DNA of 56,015 bases, the filler included, from Sphacelaria rigidula (Eukaryota): assembly GCA_964200075.2 (NCBI GenBank). It is 3 parts of 3 records of this genome, joined end to end, with 100 filler letters (N's around TTAATTAATTAA, not from the genome) between each part and the next. Parts side by side here need not be neighbours in the genome. Positions count along the whole stretch, not along the records: positions 18,713 to 37,324 come from CAXNAA020000827.1; 2 more parts are not named here. One strand, given 5' to 3'. Under the pieces are notes generated by a model, which saw nothing but the letters and a program-made list of their open reading frames with translations, ran no database searches and was not told where the DNA came from. Each line of letters opens with the position of its first letter. The stretch's first letter is position 1. Shown here in pieces: positions 22,031 through 35,314 of this stretch. A program made the position numbers and the translations under genes.

Positions 22031-23599
22031 CCGATAGACCATGTCATTTACCAACTTGTCCGAAAAATCGCACCGTGGACAACGTCGACCGTTGTGCCGG
22101 GTGAAAAATACGCGGGACAAATCCTTATAAAGGATGGACCCTGTTGTGGATATCGCAAACTCGGCTCACGTGCACGGTCGAGTCCTGTCCTCCGTAACAA
22201 CCACGGATGCCATTTACAACGCTAGAGTATGCACAGCCCCTGTGTGGCGGGTCATGAGCAAGGTGAGATCCGGATATGGTGACCGCTGCTGAGACGTGCC
22301 GCCCCATGGAATACGGTTGGGCTGTAGCTGTGTTCCTCCATGTATTCATATCTTGTCATCTCCGTATTTCGCATACATATACCTATATATCTCAACTACG
22401 TGAGAAGAAATATATTAATCGCCGTGATTTGTCTGTTTAACCATGACTCCCCCCCCCCAAAAAATAAAGCTGCGGCATTATTCTTTTTCCCTCTCGTAAC
22501 GTTTGTCTGCTTACACGTACAAAACCGCCCAGCTCAAACACAAAATAATGATGGCACCACACAGGGCTACGAGAACGCTCCACCTAAAAAATTGTACGAT
22601 TACAGTTTGAGAATTTTGTGTGAACCATAGCACCGCCAACAATTCCAAGGAGCTCCGACGCAAGAGGCACATGATCACTCGAACTCACGGCATTATACAA
22701 AAGCAGCATACTCGGCGCAAAACGTGGTGCCCCTTCCTCAATCGCAGGCCCCTACATTTCGACCATGAAACAAGATCAAAACTCGCAGAAATTTGTCATC
22801 GCCATTTTGGAAACATAGCATGGCGTCGCAACGTTGCTACAGTTGTCCCGGCTGATGAGGTCGTGGATTGGAATCAGCGGTCGATGGATGCTACGGCGAA
22901 AATAACCATCGCGGGAGTTCTCAAGTCATACTCTTCGTTGTTTTCGGAGTTGTCTTCGTCGCCGGCATCGGGTTCGATGACGCGATAACCGTCGGCATCG
23001 GCGGGAGACGACCCTGCGTCGTCGCGGTAACCGACGAATTCGCCGTCATCATCCGACTCGTTAGACGATGGTGCGGCCTCGTCGGTGGGCGGGCCTGTCC
23101 CAGAAGCCTGTCGTACAGTGGAGTAATCGGGAATCTTTCCTCAGTGCGGCCTAGAGCTCATCGACACACCTAACGTCAGAAAGAAAAAAATGGTTTCTTC
23201 AACCATCGTGCGGTGTTAACAAGTGTATGATATAAGCGTCGCTACAAACATGATTTGTAACGAAGATGATCGACATGACGTTCCCTTGCTCAGAATATTA
23301 ATAATCCAAACCACGCCACCCCAACCCAACTCCAACCCAACTCCAACCCCCATTCCGAAATATTGCATTATATATTATCTATAATTGCGCGTCGGAACAA
23401 CAAATTTCAGTAATGTTGGAGTTCTGGGTTGGGGTTGATTGGTTGGGGTTGGATCGTTATTTTTGGGAAATATGGGAGCGCAATATTATCGTCCTCGCGC
23501 CATGCATACACCACCGCGAACACGTGGTGAAAAGGTGATGGCGCCGGGTGACGAATGTGCAGAAACACCCGATGTTCATCGGCAGTCTTTCCAACGGGG

Positions 23600-24030
23600 T
23601 ATATACCCTGCAGCACTTTTGTGATATTTTCGCAGGCGGCATTTGTTCAAATTTTCACGCATGCCACCGCTCATCCCAGAGAATATTTGATCCTCAAGTT
23701 TCGGGATCGGGAGATACTACGCATCCACTCCACAATATTGAAAAATTGACGGGCTGAAGTGATATATTCGGGGACACTGGGGCTACGGAGTCGTAGCTTC
23801 TAACCCTTCGGTATTGTGCTCGATGGAAACAATCCGTGGAGGCAACCCCGACCGTTGCTGTGAACAAGCGAGGTAAAGTTTTGTTTTACTCATCATCTGT
23901 TCTTTGCGCTATCGTCGGAAAACTTTGGGTTTTGGACCAGTGACGGTCGATATCCCCCGATGGACGTTGTGTTTACTCCGCCCCACCCCGACGACAGCGT
24001 CTTGATGATTGTCCCCATGAGGGTGACCTG
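23600..24030 (+). pseudogene. Possible decayed En/Spm (CACTA)-type transposase fragment
   Basis: A stop-interrupted frame contains PFGIVLDGNNPW (compare Tnp2 LGLxTDGFNPF), followed by FGPVTVDIPRW (compare WPV...NLPPW). The similarity is weak and judged by eye. Confidence 0.25.
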
Positions 24031-27000
24031 CTTCTGTTTTTAAAATGTAGGTAGACGCTACAAATTTCGAGAGGTGAAATAATATACCACGAAATTCAGG
24101 AACTTACCCAGGTACGAGAATTGCCGGACTGTGCAGAGCAGAGCATGATCGTGACAGCTCTCGTGAAACAAACGTGCAGGCCTTCATTTTTCATTTCAAC
24201 ATAACCGTTGCGCTACAGCCGAGTAGATATCAGGTTCGGACCCAAAACGGTCAAAAAGACCCCTGTCGATTCGACTCGTAGGTCGTTCGATACTGAGTAC
24301 AGAGATGATTTTATTTCAAATCGTAAAGCGTATGCCTGGTGTCGCCTCATCTCCAACTCTGGGGGTCAAACGTGCTTCAGGATGAGCGGTGGTATATCAA
24401 AACCTACTAAAAATCGCCACGAAGATTTTTGTTCCAAGAATCTCCTGGAAAATCAATCGCCATAGTGCAGATATTCGAATTCGTACCGGGTTGCTTCGCC
24501 ACGTAAGGGCAGATGAACTGCGTCCGGTTCGTGCTGCAGGGAGAAATCTGCCGCCGTAAGTTATCTCAGTCCCGACGCTGAGCGATATCCTCCCACGAAG
24601 AACCCCAGCATGTAGCTTTACATCCTAAATATCATCGAAGCAGTCAAATGGCGTCATGGAGGTCCAGGGTTACGGTATACAGACGTCCTGCCGAACACAT
24701 GTGCGCACCAAAGGTGAAGAGAAAACGCCAACACCTGTACTGGTGCGTGATATGGTCAAAGTGTGCGTCCTTTGCCCAGGAGCAGTATTAATTATTGTGA
24801 TGTCTCCGTAGGCTATCCCCCTGTACTTGTAACACTCACTCTGTCTGAAACGCCCGCTTGGTTGCGGGTGCGTATCCCCCGTTGTTCGTGGATGCACAGG
24901 GCTCGCCAATCTTCTCTGCACGCACTCCCGTATGCTTAATTTTCAAGTGTAGCTTTGACACTTCCATCTCCCCCAGCGCGAAGTTCAGGAGTGTGGCACT
25001 CATCTGTCGATGGACAAGAGCACGTCGACGGAATGCAATTTATTCTCAAGACAGATACACATGTACAAAAACGTAGTATTTCCCAATTAACGACTCGAGT
25101 CGTTTGGTTTGCGTCCGACAGTACAAAAAGTGCATCTCTATGGCACCTAAATGTAACAGCCGGCGAGGATTGATCCAGGTCCCTTGAATATGAGTTTGTG
25201 TCTGCGTGGGGGGCAACAGCGAGTCGGTATGCAAGGGATGAGAACGAGAATGCTCGGTAATGCATGATGCCGTCATTTCGTATTATTTGCTTCGCGTGAC
25301 ATGCACTTCATGTGTGCGATACCCGCGATGAACGCTCGACATACATGAGGGAGATTCTTCGGTTTTGGGTCGTTTGAGCCGGCTTTTCGCACCCAAACAG
25401 GGAACATCGACATGACATATCTTGGACATTCGCATCACCCCATCGAGATGATTCCCCTTCCCGATCCGCCTGGCTCGAGATTCCGACAACAGACTCTAGG
25501 CAAAAATCTAAATGAACATGAACAAATACGGCGCCTGCAGTTAATGCATGTATTTTGGGGTTTTCCCTCGTGCTCGTATATTTTCATGTTGAATTGGATT
25601 TTCGGAGGCCATTCGGGAAACGACGCAGCGAGGCTTATCGGGGAGGTGGTCTAGGCCCGTTTCCGTGGCGTGATGCGGAGTGTCCAAGACAAGTGATGAC
25701 GACAGTCCCTGTTTGGCGGCCGAAATCTAAAACGCACGTCCCAAAACTGAAAGACCAAGCGAGAAAAGAAGGAATTAGGAAACAGGGCCACTCCTCATTT
25801 GTAAACAAAAACAACATCCGGTGTAGACTTGCTTTTCGGCCCTTTTCCGTCGTTTTACGTGAGAGAGGGCTACGTGAATGTTGGCCCCTTGGAATGACTC
25901 GCTCTACTCGTTGAGACCGTTCCAGGGCATCTTTGCGTTTTCTGGTGGCAACAGTTTATTTCTGGCCAAACTTGTGTTTTCAAAAAACAAACGGTCAAGT
26001 TATAACAAATGCCACCAATTACGTCACCTCTCATGTGCTGAAAAATATCTTGTTAAAAAGTGCATTTTGGCCCTTCTTGGTTTCAAGCCCGGAAAGAGGG
26101 CTAGGCAGATGTCACTTGGAATAACTTATTTCCCTTGTTTACCCGTTCCATGGCACCTTTTCTACTGTGACCGCATGTCTGGTTTTGGCCAAAGTTTCGT
26201 TCTCAATAACAAACCATCAAGTTATAAAAAGATGGGGAGACAACTTACAGTCTTTTTTTATAACTTGGCCGTTTTGATTGATTAATTTGATTTTGATATG
26301 ACTTGACTTGACTGTCGTACTTTGACTGACCCCCCCCAGGCGTCCAGCCGTGGTCGTGTGATAGACGTACCCAAGAGAAGAAAAACTAAAACACCAACTG
26401 AAGAGACGAAGGAACACACAAAAAAAAGCCAAACAGGATGCTATAGAGCATACAAGTTTGACCAAAAATGCAGCCACCGTGAAACGCGGAGGTCCACAGG
26501 AACGATCTCCGCGAGAGAAGCTCATCATTCAAAGTGATGACACCCGCCTGCCCCCACCTTTGCATGTGTAAAACGACGGAGAAGGCCAAAAACGCACCAG
26601 TCAACAAGACTTTTTCTTCACACATGCGAAGTACCTAGTCGCGCTTCTCATGGCAAACGAAACAAAAAAACTCGGAAACGGCCTTTTTGGAGCTTTTGCG
26701 TTGTTAATGCCCCAAGAGAGAGCTATGCAGATCTTGACATTTTGGAGTCCTTTGTTGTGCCCCTTGAAACAGTTCCAGCACACATGTGCGTTTCTCGTTG
26801 GCCGCACTTCTTCACGAACTGAAACTTGTATTTTTATCGGGAGTGCTCATTTTTCGAATAGACGGGTCACGTCCAGAAAAGAAAACCCGAATTCTGAGTT
26901 GACTCCAGTCTCCGAGAAATCAGCGGTCGCCGAGGAAAACACAAGTTCAATCAAGAATAGAAAATGCGGCCATCGGAAAAACACATGTGCTGTAACCGCC

Positions 27001-28448
27001 TCAAAGAGTACAGCAAGGTAATTCCTACATCTGAAAGCGTGTGGGGATAATTTGAGAATTTTGGGGCGCGCGAAGAAACAGCACTGTGCTGTTGTGTCGT
27101 GCGTGATAAGCGTAACGTGAACGTGAACGTGTTACGTGTATATCATGCACCTTGTGAGACAGAAAATGACAATTGGTTTACCCAATATAATTCAATGCGA
27201 CTTGCCCTCTTGAGCTGGAGGGGGTGGAGTGGAGCCCGAGATCGAATGCTTACTGTAGTGGTTGGCACAATCTCAAGGTCTTGCCAATCGCACAGGGGCA
27301 AAGCATTCCAGCAGCGGCCTCGACTGGAGTTCACGCAATGTGCGTGCTGTATACCCAGCTTATTTGTTCAACCCCGACATCAGTTTGGACGTGAAACATG
27401 CTATACGGTTATACACTGGTAGCCCGTCGTACCTATACGAGTCGAACACGCATGCATGCACATGGGTTGCGCCCAACGCTGCGTTCTGGTTGCTGCCATC
27501 GCACCATCACCGCCCGGGATAAATTCGCCGGAGAGAGCTAGCTTCATACAGCGGCTTGGCTCATCCCCACAGCTCCAAAGGACGCTCCCGATTTTTCGTG
27601 CCATGTGTATAGCGGTCTGCTTCGAAAAAGACTTCAGCTCAATTAAGGCTCCTGTCATCTTCCACGAAATAAATCTTCCAAGAAATATATGCGAATGGCA
27701 GTATTTTTTCAATTTGTGCGTTCATACTGTACTGCAATACTTATTGTGCGTAACAGTGTTGGGAAAACACGCTTCGGAGCTCATTCACTCAAGGCTTCGT
27801 AACGTGTTGCTGTGTATGTGATCGTCGGACAAGTAGAGCAGTGCATGTATTACAGTAGATAGTAGTTCGAGCGCCGGTACTGCTTATGATATCTCGATCT
27901 ACGGTGGGACGTGGCAGCAACCTCCCTTCATTGCTGCTTGCTTCTTTCTCGACCGCGTTCTAGACCGTGGGTTTTTCTGGACTGCCTTGCCCACGATAAG
28001 CGGCAATTCTAACACCATCTCCTGTCTACACTTCTAGCGCGGCATATATGCTCTCTTGGCTTGACCGCCACTGGTGCCAGCTCGAAAATGCGCCAAGAAA
28101 ACCTCCACGGGTCTTTTTCAAACGAACGTGTGTAGCTCGTTGGAATGTCAGTTCCTACGTAATAAAAATTCGAGATACCTCGTACGTTGGTTTGATTCTT
28201 GCCCTCACCAGTTACTCTGAGTATTCTTTCCCTCAGTGTACTGACCAGCCATGTTCACTTCTGTATCGAGTACAATTTGCACGGAAAAAGCTACTGTGCA
28301 GCGTACTCGCCTGGATTGGCACTACAGTACAGTGGATTGTTGCGAAACCCTGTGCATATGTGGTGTATAACAAGGTGTCGAAACATTACCTTGCCAACGT
28401 CATGCTTGCCCAGGGTATCGAATTATTACCCTGCCAGTATGTTGCTCT

Positions 28449-28754
28449 TGTTTGTAGCTTCGTGACCCCGTGAGAGGATGGGGTACAGACTCGACTCAGA
28501 TAGTCGATCGATGGACACGACTGCGATAGTCGATCAATAGACACGGCTGACTGCCGATCAAGATGGGGTAGAAATGTATATAAAGCTTTGTTGATGAAGA
28601 GGGGAGGAAGGGGAGTGGGCCCTATGGGGGCCAACGTACCACGATGCGACAAGCACCACTCACGTATGTCCAGTCACTAACATCACAATATGAAGTCATT
28701 CCGCGTAGTACCCGGAACTCAAACAGGTATGTCACTAGACTGTTGTACCTTACC
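28449..28754 (-). repeat. 3' LTR
   Basis: Near-identical to 30648-30953. Confidence 0.9.
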
Positions 28755-29789
28755 GAGCTACGACCAGCTCCCATATGGGTGATACGATGCACGCTTTTTT
28801 TCATCATGCTGTGCTCATGAACCGCATCTCGCTCATGACGTCAGCTCTCTCTATTTGCCATCAAATATGTGTAATATGCGTTTTGCTGATCTGTAGCATA
28901 GGAATTTTGTTTGTGCCCACAGTCACTCTTCCGATATTATCATGATCAGGCCAAGCTACTAGCATTGCGCTATGCTTAGTCCTTGCTCCTACCATAATAA
29001 CAAAGTCTCATCAACCAATCCAGACAGGAAGCCGATGCTTCGCGAATCCTACACCTCTCGGAATGATGACAACTTTTTCACTTCGATGTCGAGCTTCGGA
29101 ACCCACCTAAAATTTTGTGGTCTCAAACATCATTCATCCGCATAACCCTCAGCGGAACATTTTACCGACATGACTCTAGTCTAGTCAGACAGTAGTGCCC
29201 CACGTGCCTGTACTCACCAAGGCGACAAACAAGGTTCCGTCTCAACCGATCGAGTAAGGGTGTGGTGCCCCACAGTCCTGCGCTCACCGGGGTGGCAACA
29301 ATGTTACACATGAGCGTGGAGTTTCGGCAACCGTGTCAAAACATGTCCTCAACACTCTTCACGCACTTCACTCTGTGCAATTTGACCGACACCGTTTCAC
29401 AGTCAAGTCAAGTCGCGGTGCCCCGCTCTCCTCACACTTACAAAAACGGTAGACGATTTTCTGTTCATCAATCGAGTCAAACAAACTCGCAAAGTAAATC
29501 TGCACTCATCGGGACGGAAATTCGTCAAACATCAATACTGAGTTTCGGTGTTCATATCAAAAATATGATCTCATCATTGTCCAGAGATATCCAACATCTC
29601 GATCCACCTGGGCAACAACCTTTCCTTGGGTACATGAATCGCTATCTGCATGACTGTCGCGAACACTCAAAACATAAAAACAAAGGGGTATTTGAGTCAT
29701 GCATAGGTCTCATGCCATCATATTTCAAAAGACTTCTGCGCCCGCTTCCGAACATACTGAAGAATCGGTACTACCCGACGACCCTACTG

Positions 29790-30611
29790 CCATCGCTGTA
29801 TCTTCATTTTCTCCTGTATTACCATCCTGATAAGAGTATCCCTTTTTTCCGCATCTTATACAATGTCGCTCCGGACAGTCACGCGCGAAGTGTGCTGTTT
29901 GCGTCCGGTGAATCCAACACCACCTCTCCTTTGCAGAACCATTTTTGACGCCCATCAGGTTTCGAATCCCCCGTATCTCCCGAGGTCCCTTGTAAATTCG
30001 TAAATTCCTTTTTCGACTTCCCTTGCCACTTTACGGGGGTCCTGGCCAGTTTCCTGTGTCATACGGCAATATTTTCCGTCTTTCACGTGAGGCGCTTATG
30101 AAAACTGCGGCATTAACTTGTGTCAGGGAATCATCATCACGGAACAACGGCCAACTTTCTCCGTACTGTCAAACTTCTCATCGAATCTTTCATCAACACG
30201 AAAACAACTCTTCACGCCTAGATGAGGGTAGTAAGCCGGGGACTCCTCGTTCATACTTACATGGGCGGATCCGTCGCCCGTGGATCCTCGAAGAGGGCCT
30301 GATACAATCCCTGCACCGAGTGGTGACCGGACCCTCCCTGTTCCGGCACCGGCGACGGTGTGCCTTCCGTCGCCTGCCTCCCCCTCCTCGTCCGCTGCCG
30401 CTCCGGGGCCAGTGGACGATGTCCCGCGCACTAACTGGGACACCATCATCGTCTTCAGCTCCGCCAGCTTCTCGGTGATATCCGTCACCGATCCTTGCAA
30501 GCTGGCGACATTCTCTTTCACCTCCAGCATCTCCGTTGGAGACGATGTGTCTCCCACGACGGCCGAGTGTATTTCCGCAGTGCTCCAGTCCGCCATCGGG
30601 CCCTTGGCCAC
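29790..30611 (-). pseudogene. gag-like pseudogene (coiled coil plus two zinc knuckles)
   Basis: MLEVKENVASLQGSVTDITEKLAELKTMM forms heptads. The knuckles lie in a different frame, separated by stops and frameshifts. Confidence 0.7.
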
Positions 30612-30647
30612 AAAGCTCCCAAGTTGGGTAGGGTTTGGGCTCTATAG

Positions 30648-30953
30648 TGTTTGTAGCTTCGTGACCCCGTGAGAGGATGGGGTACAGACTCGACTCAGAT
30701 AGTCGATCAATGGACACGACTGCGATAGTCGATCAATAGACACGGCTGACTGCCGATCAAGATGGGGTAGAAATGTATATAAAGCTTTGTTGATGAAGAG
30801 GAAAGGAAGGGGAGTGGGCCCTATGGGGGCCAACGTACCAAGATGCGACAAGCACCACTCACGTATGTCCAGTCACTAACATCACAATATGAAGTCATTC
30901 CGCGTAGTACCCGGAACTCAAACAGGTATGTCACTAGACTGTTGTACCTTACC
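30648..30953 (-). repeat. 5' LTR
   Basis: Near-identical to 28449-28754 and immediately upstream of the gag-like ORF. Confidence 0.9.
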
Positions 30954-31938
30954 CTGACTTGGTGTATCTTACTGAACACCGCAGGCCATCCTACGAACAG
31001 CTCTTGCACAAGGTACGGAAATATCACCCTGTTGAGGTGGGCTTTAGTACAAAGTATCGTAACATTATGTTGCCAGGGTGGATACTTGTCCAGGGCGTGG
31101 GATATCACCCTGCCAAGGTCAGTAACACGGGATCGTACAAATTGGGGATGATTCTTTTATTGGGAATAAGAAACCCGGAGAATTCAAATCTTCGAAATAT
31201 GGTTCCATTTGTTCACCTACTGATAGCTTTTGACAACTCCTACACACCATATAGATTTAAATTTCGACCACCGAAATGTTGAGGTCCTAGGTAAAAAACC
31301 AATTACGGAGCCATTTTGGCGTCCGTTTGGACACCCGGAATCCCCCAAAAATGTTTCTTTACCCAGGACCCCAACGTTTCGGTGACTGAAATCCAAATTT
31401 CTACGGCTTGTAGCAATTATCAATAGCTATCAGTAGGTGAACAAATGGAATCATGCTCCCAAGGGTTGGTGTGGATACGAAGATTTCAATTCTCCGGGTT
31501 TCTCATCCCCAACAAAAGATCCATCTCCCCAATTTGTAAGATCCCGTAATCAGTCCTGATGCGAGGTATTGACACACTACCCTACATAAGGTCTACAAGT
31601 GTAGAAGGTATACCATCAAACCCTGTCAAGGTTTTCGTATCGACAAGGTACTGTCACGCGACCCTGGCACGGTGCTATGCCCTGTACGAGGTCATCACAG
31701 CGTCTCCACAGGGTGTTTGCCCTGACCGGCACTCCACAGGATGCAGCCAAATTTCCACCGGCGACCCCACGGGATGTAGCCGAGTGTCCACCGGTGATGT
31801 GTTTTTGCACAAGTTATGGAAACATCACCCTGTCAAGGTGTGCCTTAGCAGAAGGTATCGGAACATCACCCTGTCAAGGTGGGCCTTACGACAGGGTATT
31901 GAATGAGCACCCTGCCAGCATGTATCCTTGCACAAGGT
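30954..31938. repeat. Degenerate ACCCTGTCAAGG-motif array, interrupted by a MITE and continuing left of the LTR element at about 28345-28440
   Basis: Many copies of (atc)accctg(t/c)caagg occur, related to the 21440-22030 array. Confidence 0.65.
31124..31550. mobile_element. Second copy of the foldback MITE, 427 bp, opposite orientation, 4-bp TSD CAGT
   Basis: AACACGGGATCGTACAAATTGGGG...CCCCAATTTGTAAGATCCCGTAAT, with CAGT at 31120-31123 and 31551-31554. The central asymmetric segment is the reverse complement of that in the 20396 copy. Confidence 0.9.
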
Positions 31939-33693
31939 CACACTCTGGATAATGGAGACAATAATAGTTCATTGCTTGAACAAAAGTTATTGATATATAT
32001 TATCGAACGCGATAAATGAAACACATCTAGTGATATGTATCGCAAGGGACAATAGATGTTGCAATAGTCGGTCGATAGCCTTTGGCAATCACAATAGATG
32101 ATCACTCGCCATCAATGGACATCGTGTACCGCAATAGATTCTGGGTTGTGTATATCGATAGCCATTGCCGTAATCAACAGGTTTGGTGAGTCATCCATCG
32201 ATAGTCATTGCCGTTATCAAAAGGTTTGGTGAGTCATCCATCTATACCTATTACCGCCATCAATAGATTGGTGAGCCGTCTATCGGTAGCCTCTGCCGCC
32301 AACAATGCATTTTTTGGTATCTACCAATATGGGCATTGCCGTCAACAATCGATTGCTCTCGGGAGCACCTATCGATAGCCAGTGACGCCAACGATAGGTT
32401 TTGAAAAATAGATTGCTCGCTGCAATGGTCTCATGATACCAACGGCAATACCCCTTACACATGGACACGCAACGACCTGAGGCGATAGCTGGCCATAGCT
32501 TCTGTGGAATAAGGCGGAAACATAAACCGAAATTGTGCATACATAGCGCTAGTGATCGACGCCATTCAGCTACTTTTGAGGTCAGCAATAGATATTGGTG
32601 GCCGCGATTGAAATTGCATTGTGACCAGCGGTAGACATTGGTGGGCGCAATTGGTATCCTATTGTGACCACCAATATGTATTGGTGGCCGCGTGGTAGAT
32701 CCTACTGTGATTAGTAATAAACATTGGTGGCCACAATTCAGAGCCTATAGCAACAAATACAATGTATCGATAGACAACTGGGTCCCTACATTGTCACGGT
32801 AATGATGCATCATGTCCCTTGTCCCGAATCTATTGTCGCCTACAATAGCTATCGATAGACTTTCATGCCAGTCGATTACGATTGACGATGAACATTGACA
32901 GTCGAATTTTTGGGGCTATTGCAGCGCCAATGTTCTATTACATAGTCTATTGTCTAGGGTATAAGCACATCTCACCCACACACAAAAGTACTGTAAGCGC
33001 TCATGCCCATCAGAGGGACGACCACAAGTACCAACACCACACCAACAACAAAAGTTGTAAACCTTTGTCTACACATGTTGCAGATTCCTACAAAATATAA
33101 GCGCTCCAAAATTGTAGAAACATGATGTCATATATTCACAAGTAGAATCATTATATACCGACTGCATGCCCACCTGCGGCTTCTCTACCGTAGCTTAACG
33201 GAGCATAGTATGCTCTATACGTAGTATGTTACGATGTAGGTGTGGCAATAGACGGCCGAGAAAATCTGTCGGTAGGCATTATATACCACATTTGATTCTG
33301 GTATGTATCTATCGATATTCATTGCCGACATGCATAGATTTATACGCAACCTATCAATAGCTATTGCCGTTATCAATACATTTGATACACAATCTGTCAA
33401 TAGTCATCGTCGTCATCAATAGATTTGGCACGCGGTCTGTCGATAGCCATTGCCGTCATCAACAGATTTACAAAGCTATCGATCGATGCATTTGGTCGGC
33501 GGCAATAGATTTCGGGCCCTAGCAGACTGTTGCCCAGACAAGAGTGTGGGAAACTGGTCTATCGATAGACATTGCCAACGATAGTAGAAAGAGAAACTTG
33601 CCGATCGATGGCCATTACGGACGACAATATTGGCCTCTACTGCAGCAGATTCGATTGCTATCGCAATAGATACCGTCTATTGTCCAGGGTGTG
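31939..33693. mobile_element. Putative non-autonomous DNA transposon with CACACCCTGGACAATAG-type termini and an internal 43-bp tandem array
   Basis: Left end cacactctggataatgg (31939) and right end ctattgtccagggtgtg (33677-33693), with an extra terminus-like copy at 32947. Units ATCGATAGCCATTGCCGTNATCAANAG... start at 32154, 32197 and 32240, and recur at 33350-33480. Confidence 0.6.
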
Positions 33694-35314
33694 GAAACAT
33701 GATCTCTGGTAGAAATCACACCGCTACCCTGGTGGAGATTGCTGCTGGGCTCTGGAACATGAGCTCTTCCGTTCACCACGCACTGATTACAGGGGATTGG
33801 AATTGAACGAAATATTACACTAATTGCAAAGTACTAGTACATCAGTTGTAGCAGCACACTAGACCTATTTTTTGAAATACGGGTGGTTTTCATATATAGA
33901 TATCTAGTGGGTATGTACGTATGGTGTGTGGCAGTGGGTTCACGGACCCACGATTTGACACATCGACATTTACTTTGAGGTAGAAAACGGTAAAAGGTGC
34001 TTTAACATATCTGGTACACTACAGGCACGAGAACCCGATAGCCTTCTTGCTGTTGCAAACACGAAGTACAACGCAACGACCGGAGGAAGATGAAGCGCGT
34101 GATGCTTAAGCAGCTGGGATATTGAACCGAACACTGCTGCTCTGACCGTGCGCATGCGTGGGTGTGCGCGGTGAATGCTTCCTGCCGAAGGATCAGCTCC
34201 TGTGGCTTGTCCGCTGTTCAACAACTTGAAAAAGAATCAACAATCAATGATTAGTTGATTCAATTCCCGCGGTGTTGATTGTTCGATATAATAATCAAAC
34301 GATCATGATTAAATCAAGCCGATTTGGACGAAATAACAAAAAATCAAATCACCCCCCCCCAAAAGAGTTGATGAGCAACTCTAATGTACGTACACGAACC
34401 GCGCTGTTGTGAGTACCGCCGCATACATGTAAGGGCAACATAAGTGTTCATCGAGGTTTCATCACGTTTTCGTTGTGGGGACATCGTTGAAATCCGGATT
34501 CACGCGTGTGGAGCACATTGACCGAAGAGGCTTCAAAAGGAAGGAGTGGTGCGGATACTTCCACATGAAGGGGACAAATCCCCGAAAGAATCCGTCGAGG
34601 TCTGTTAACCCATGAAGATGTCACCAATATGCGTATTTGAGATGTGCCTTCAATGAGACATTAGCGATACACGGTAGATAGCCAGACACATAATATAATC
34701 TCCACCTGACCTCGTTGTGGACACCAGGAAACTACCCGCATGCATACATATACACACACATGACTCAAAATGTGTGCGAATTGTGAACGCATACCGTTTA
34801 TGGCTTGATCCGTCTAACGATAGACTGATCTGCCCTCCTCTCCCCTAACCCCACCCACGCAACGGTAGAGGGCAAACACCAGACTCAAGCGATGATGGTC
34901 AGGAGACCATGTTGGCTACTTGTCCCCTCCTATTTCTCCTGACAGCTCTCGCTCACGCATATTCTAGCAACTACCGCATGGACAGTCATTTCATCGACTA
35001 CCGTGACCCCCGCTTGCGTTACCGTAGCAGCGCCGCCTAAAGCCAACGCCGACGAGAGTACTTGTTCAGACGAAATTGAGACGACCCGTCGTTGCCGTGC
35101 TCGAAGCAGAGCCACCAAGCCGCCAAGTTCGGTGTGGCACACGCACCGGCAATCGAACAAAAGCGCATGTTCCTCCTTTTCGGTACCCAACGCCCAGCAT
35201 TCCCCAGACTGCATTATCAAGACACAAATGGACGGCAACCACATTTTAACCTCCGTAATATTGATCTGATCATACCCTCACAGAGTCGACGATCAAGAGA
35301 CAACTGATGCGCAC

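Larger units (their letters stand above)
28449..30953 (-). mobile_element. Non-autonomous LTR retrotransposon (2505 bp) with 306-bp LTRs and a decayed gag only
   Basis: Direct repeats at 28449-28754 and 30648-30953 differ at about 4 positions. The LTR has a TATA-like TTTATATA on the minus strand. The internal minus-strand coiled-coil ORF (30123-30611) is followed by zinc-knuckle-like CWIHRTQTAHFARDC and CIRCGKKGY (29725-29955). Confidence 0.85.

Noticed and set aside
21250..22104. 284-aa repetitive ORF
   Set aside because: It is a translation of a satellite. The repeat period is not a multiple of three, so the peptide changes frame between units.
32154..32290. 43-bp array (and the 21440 array) as CRISPR-like
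   Set aside because: Units are contiguous and degenerate, with no unique spacers and no cas genes, in a eukaryotic context.
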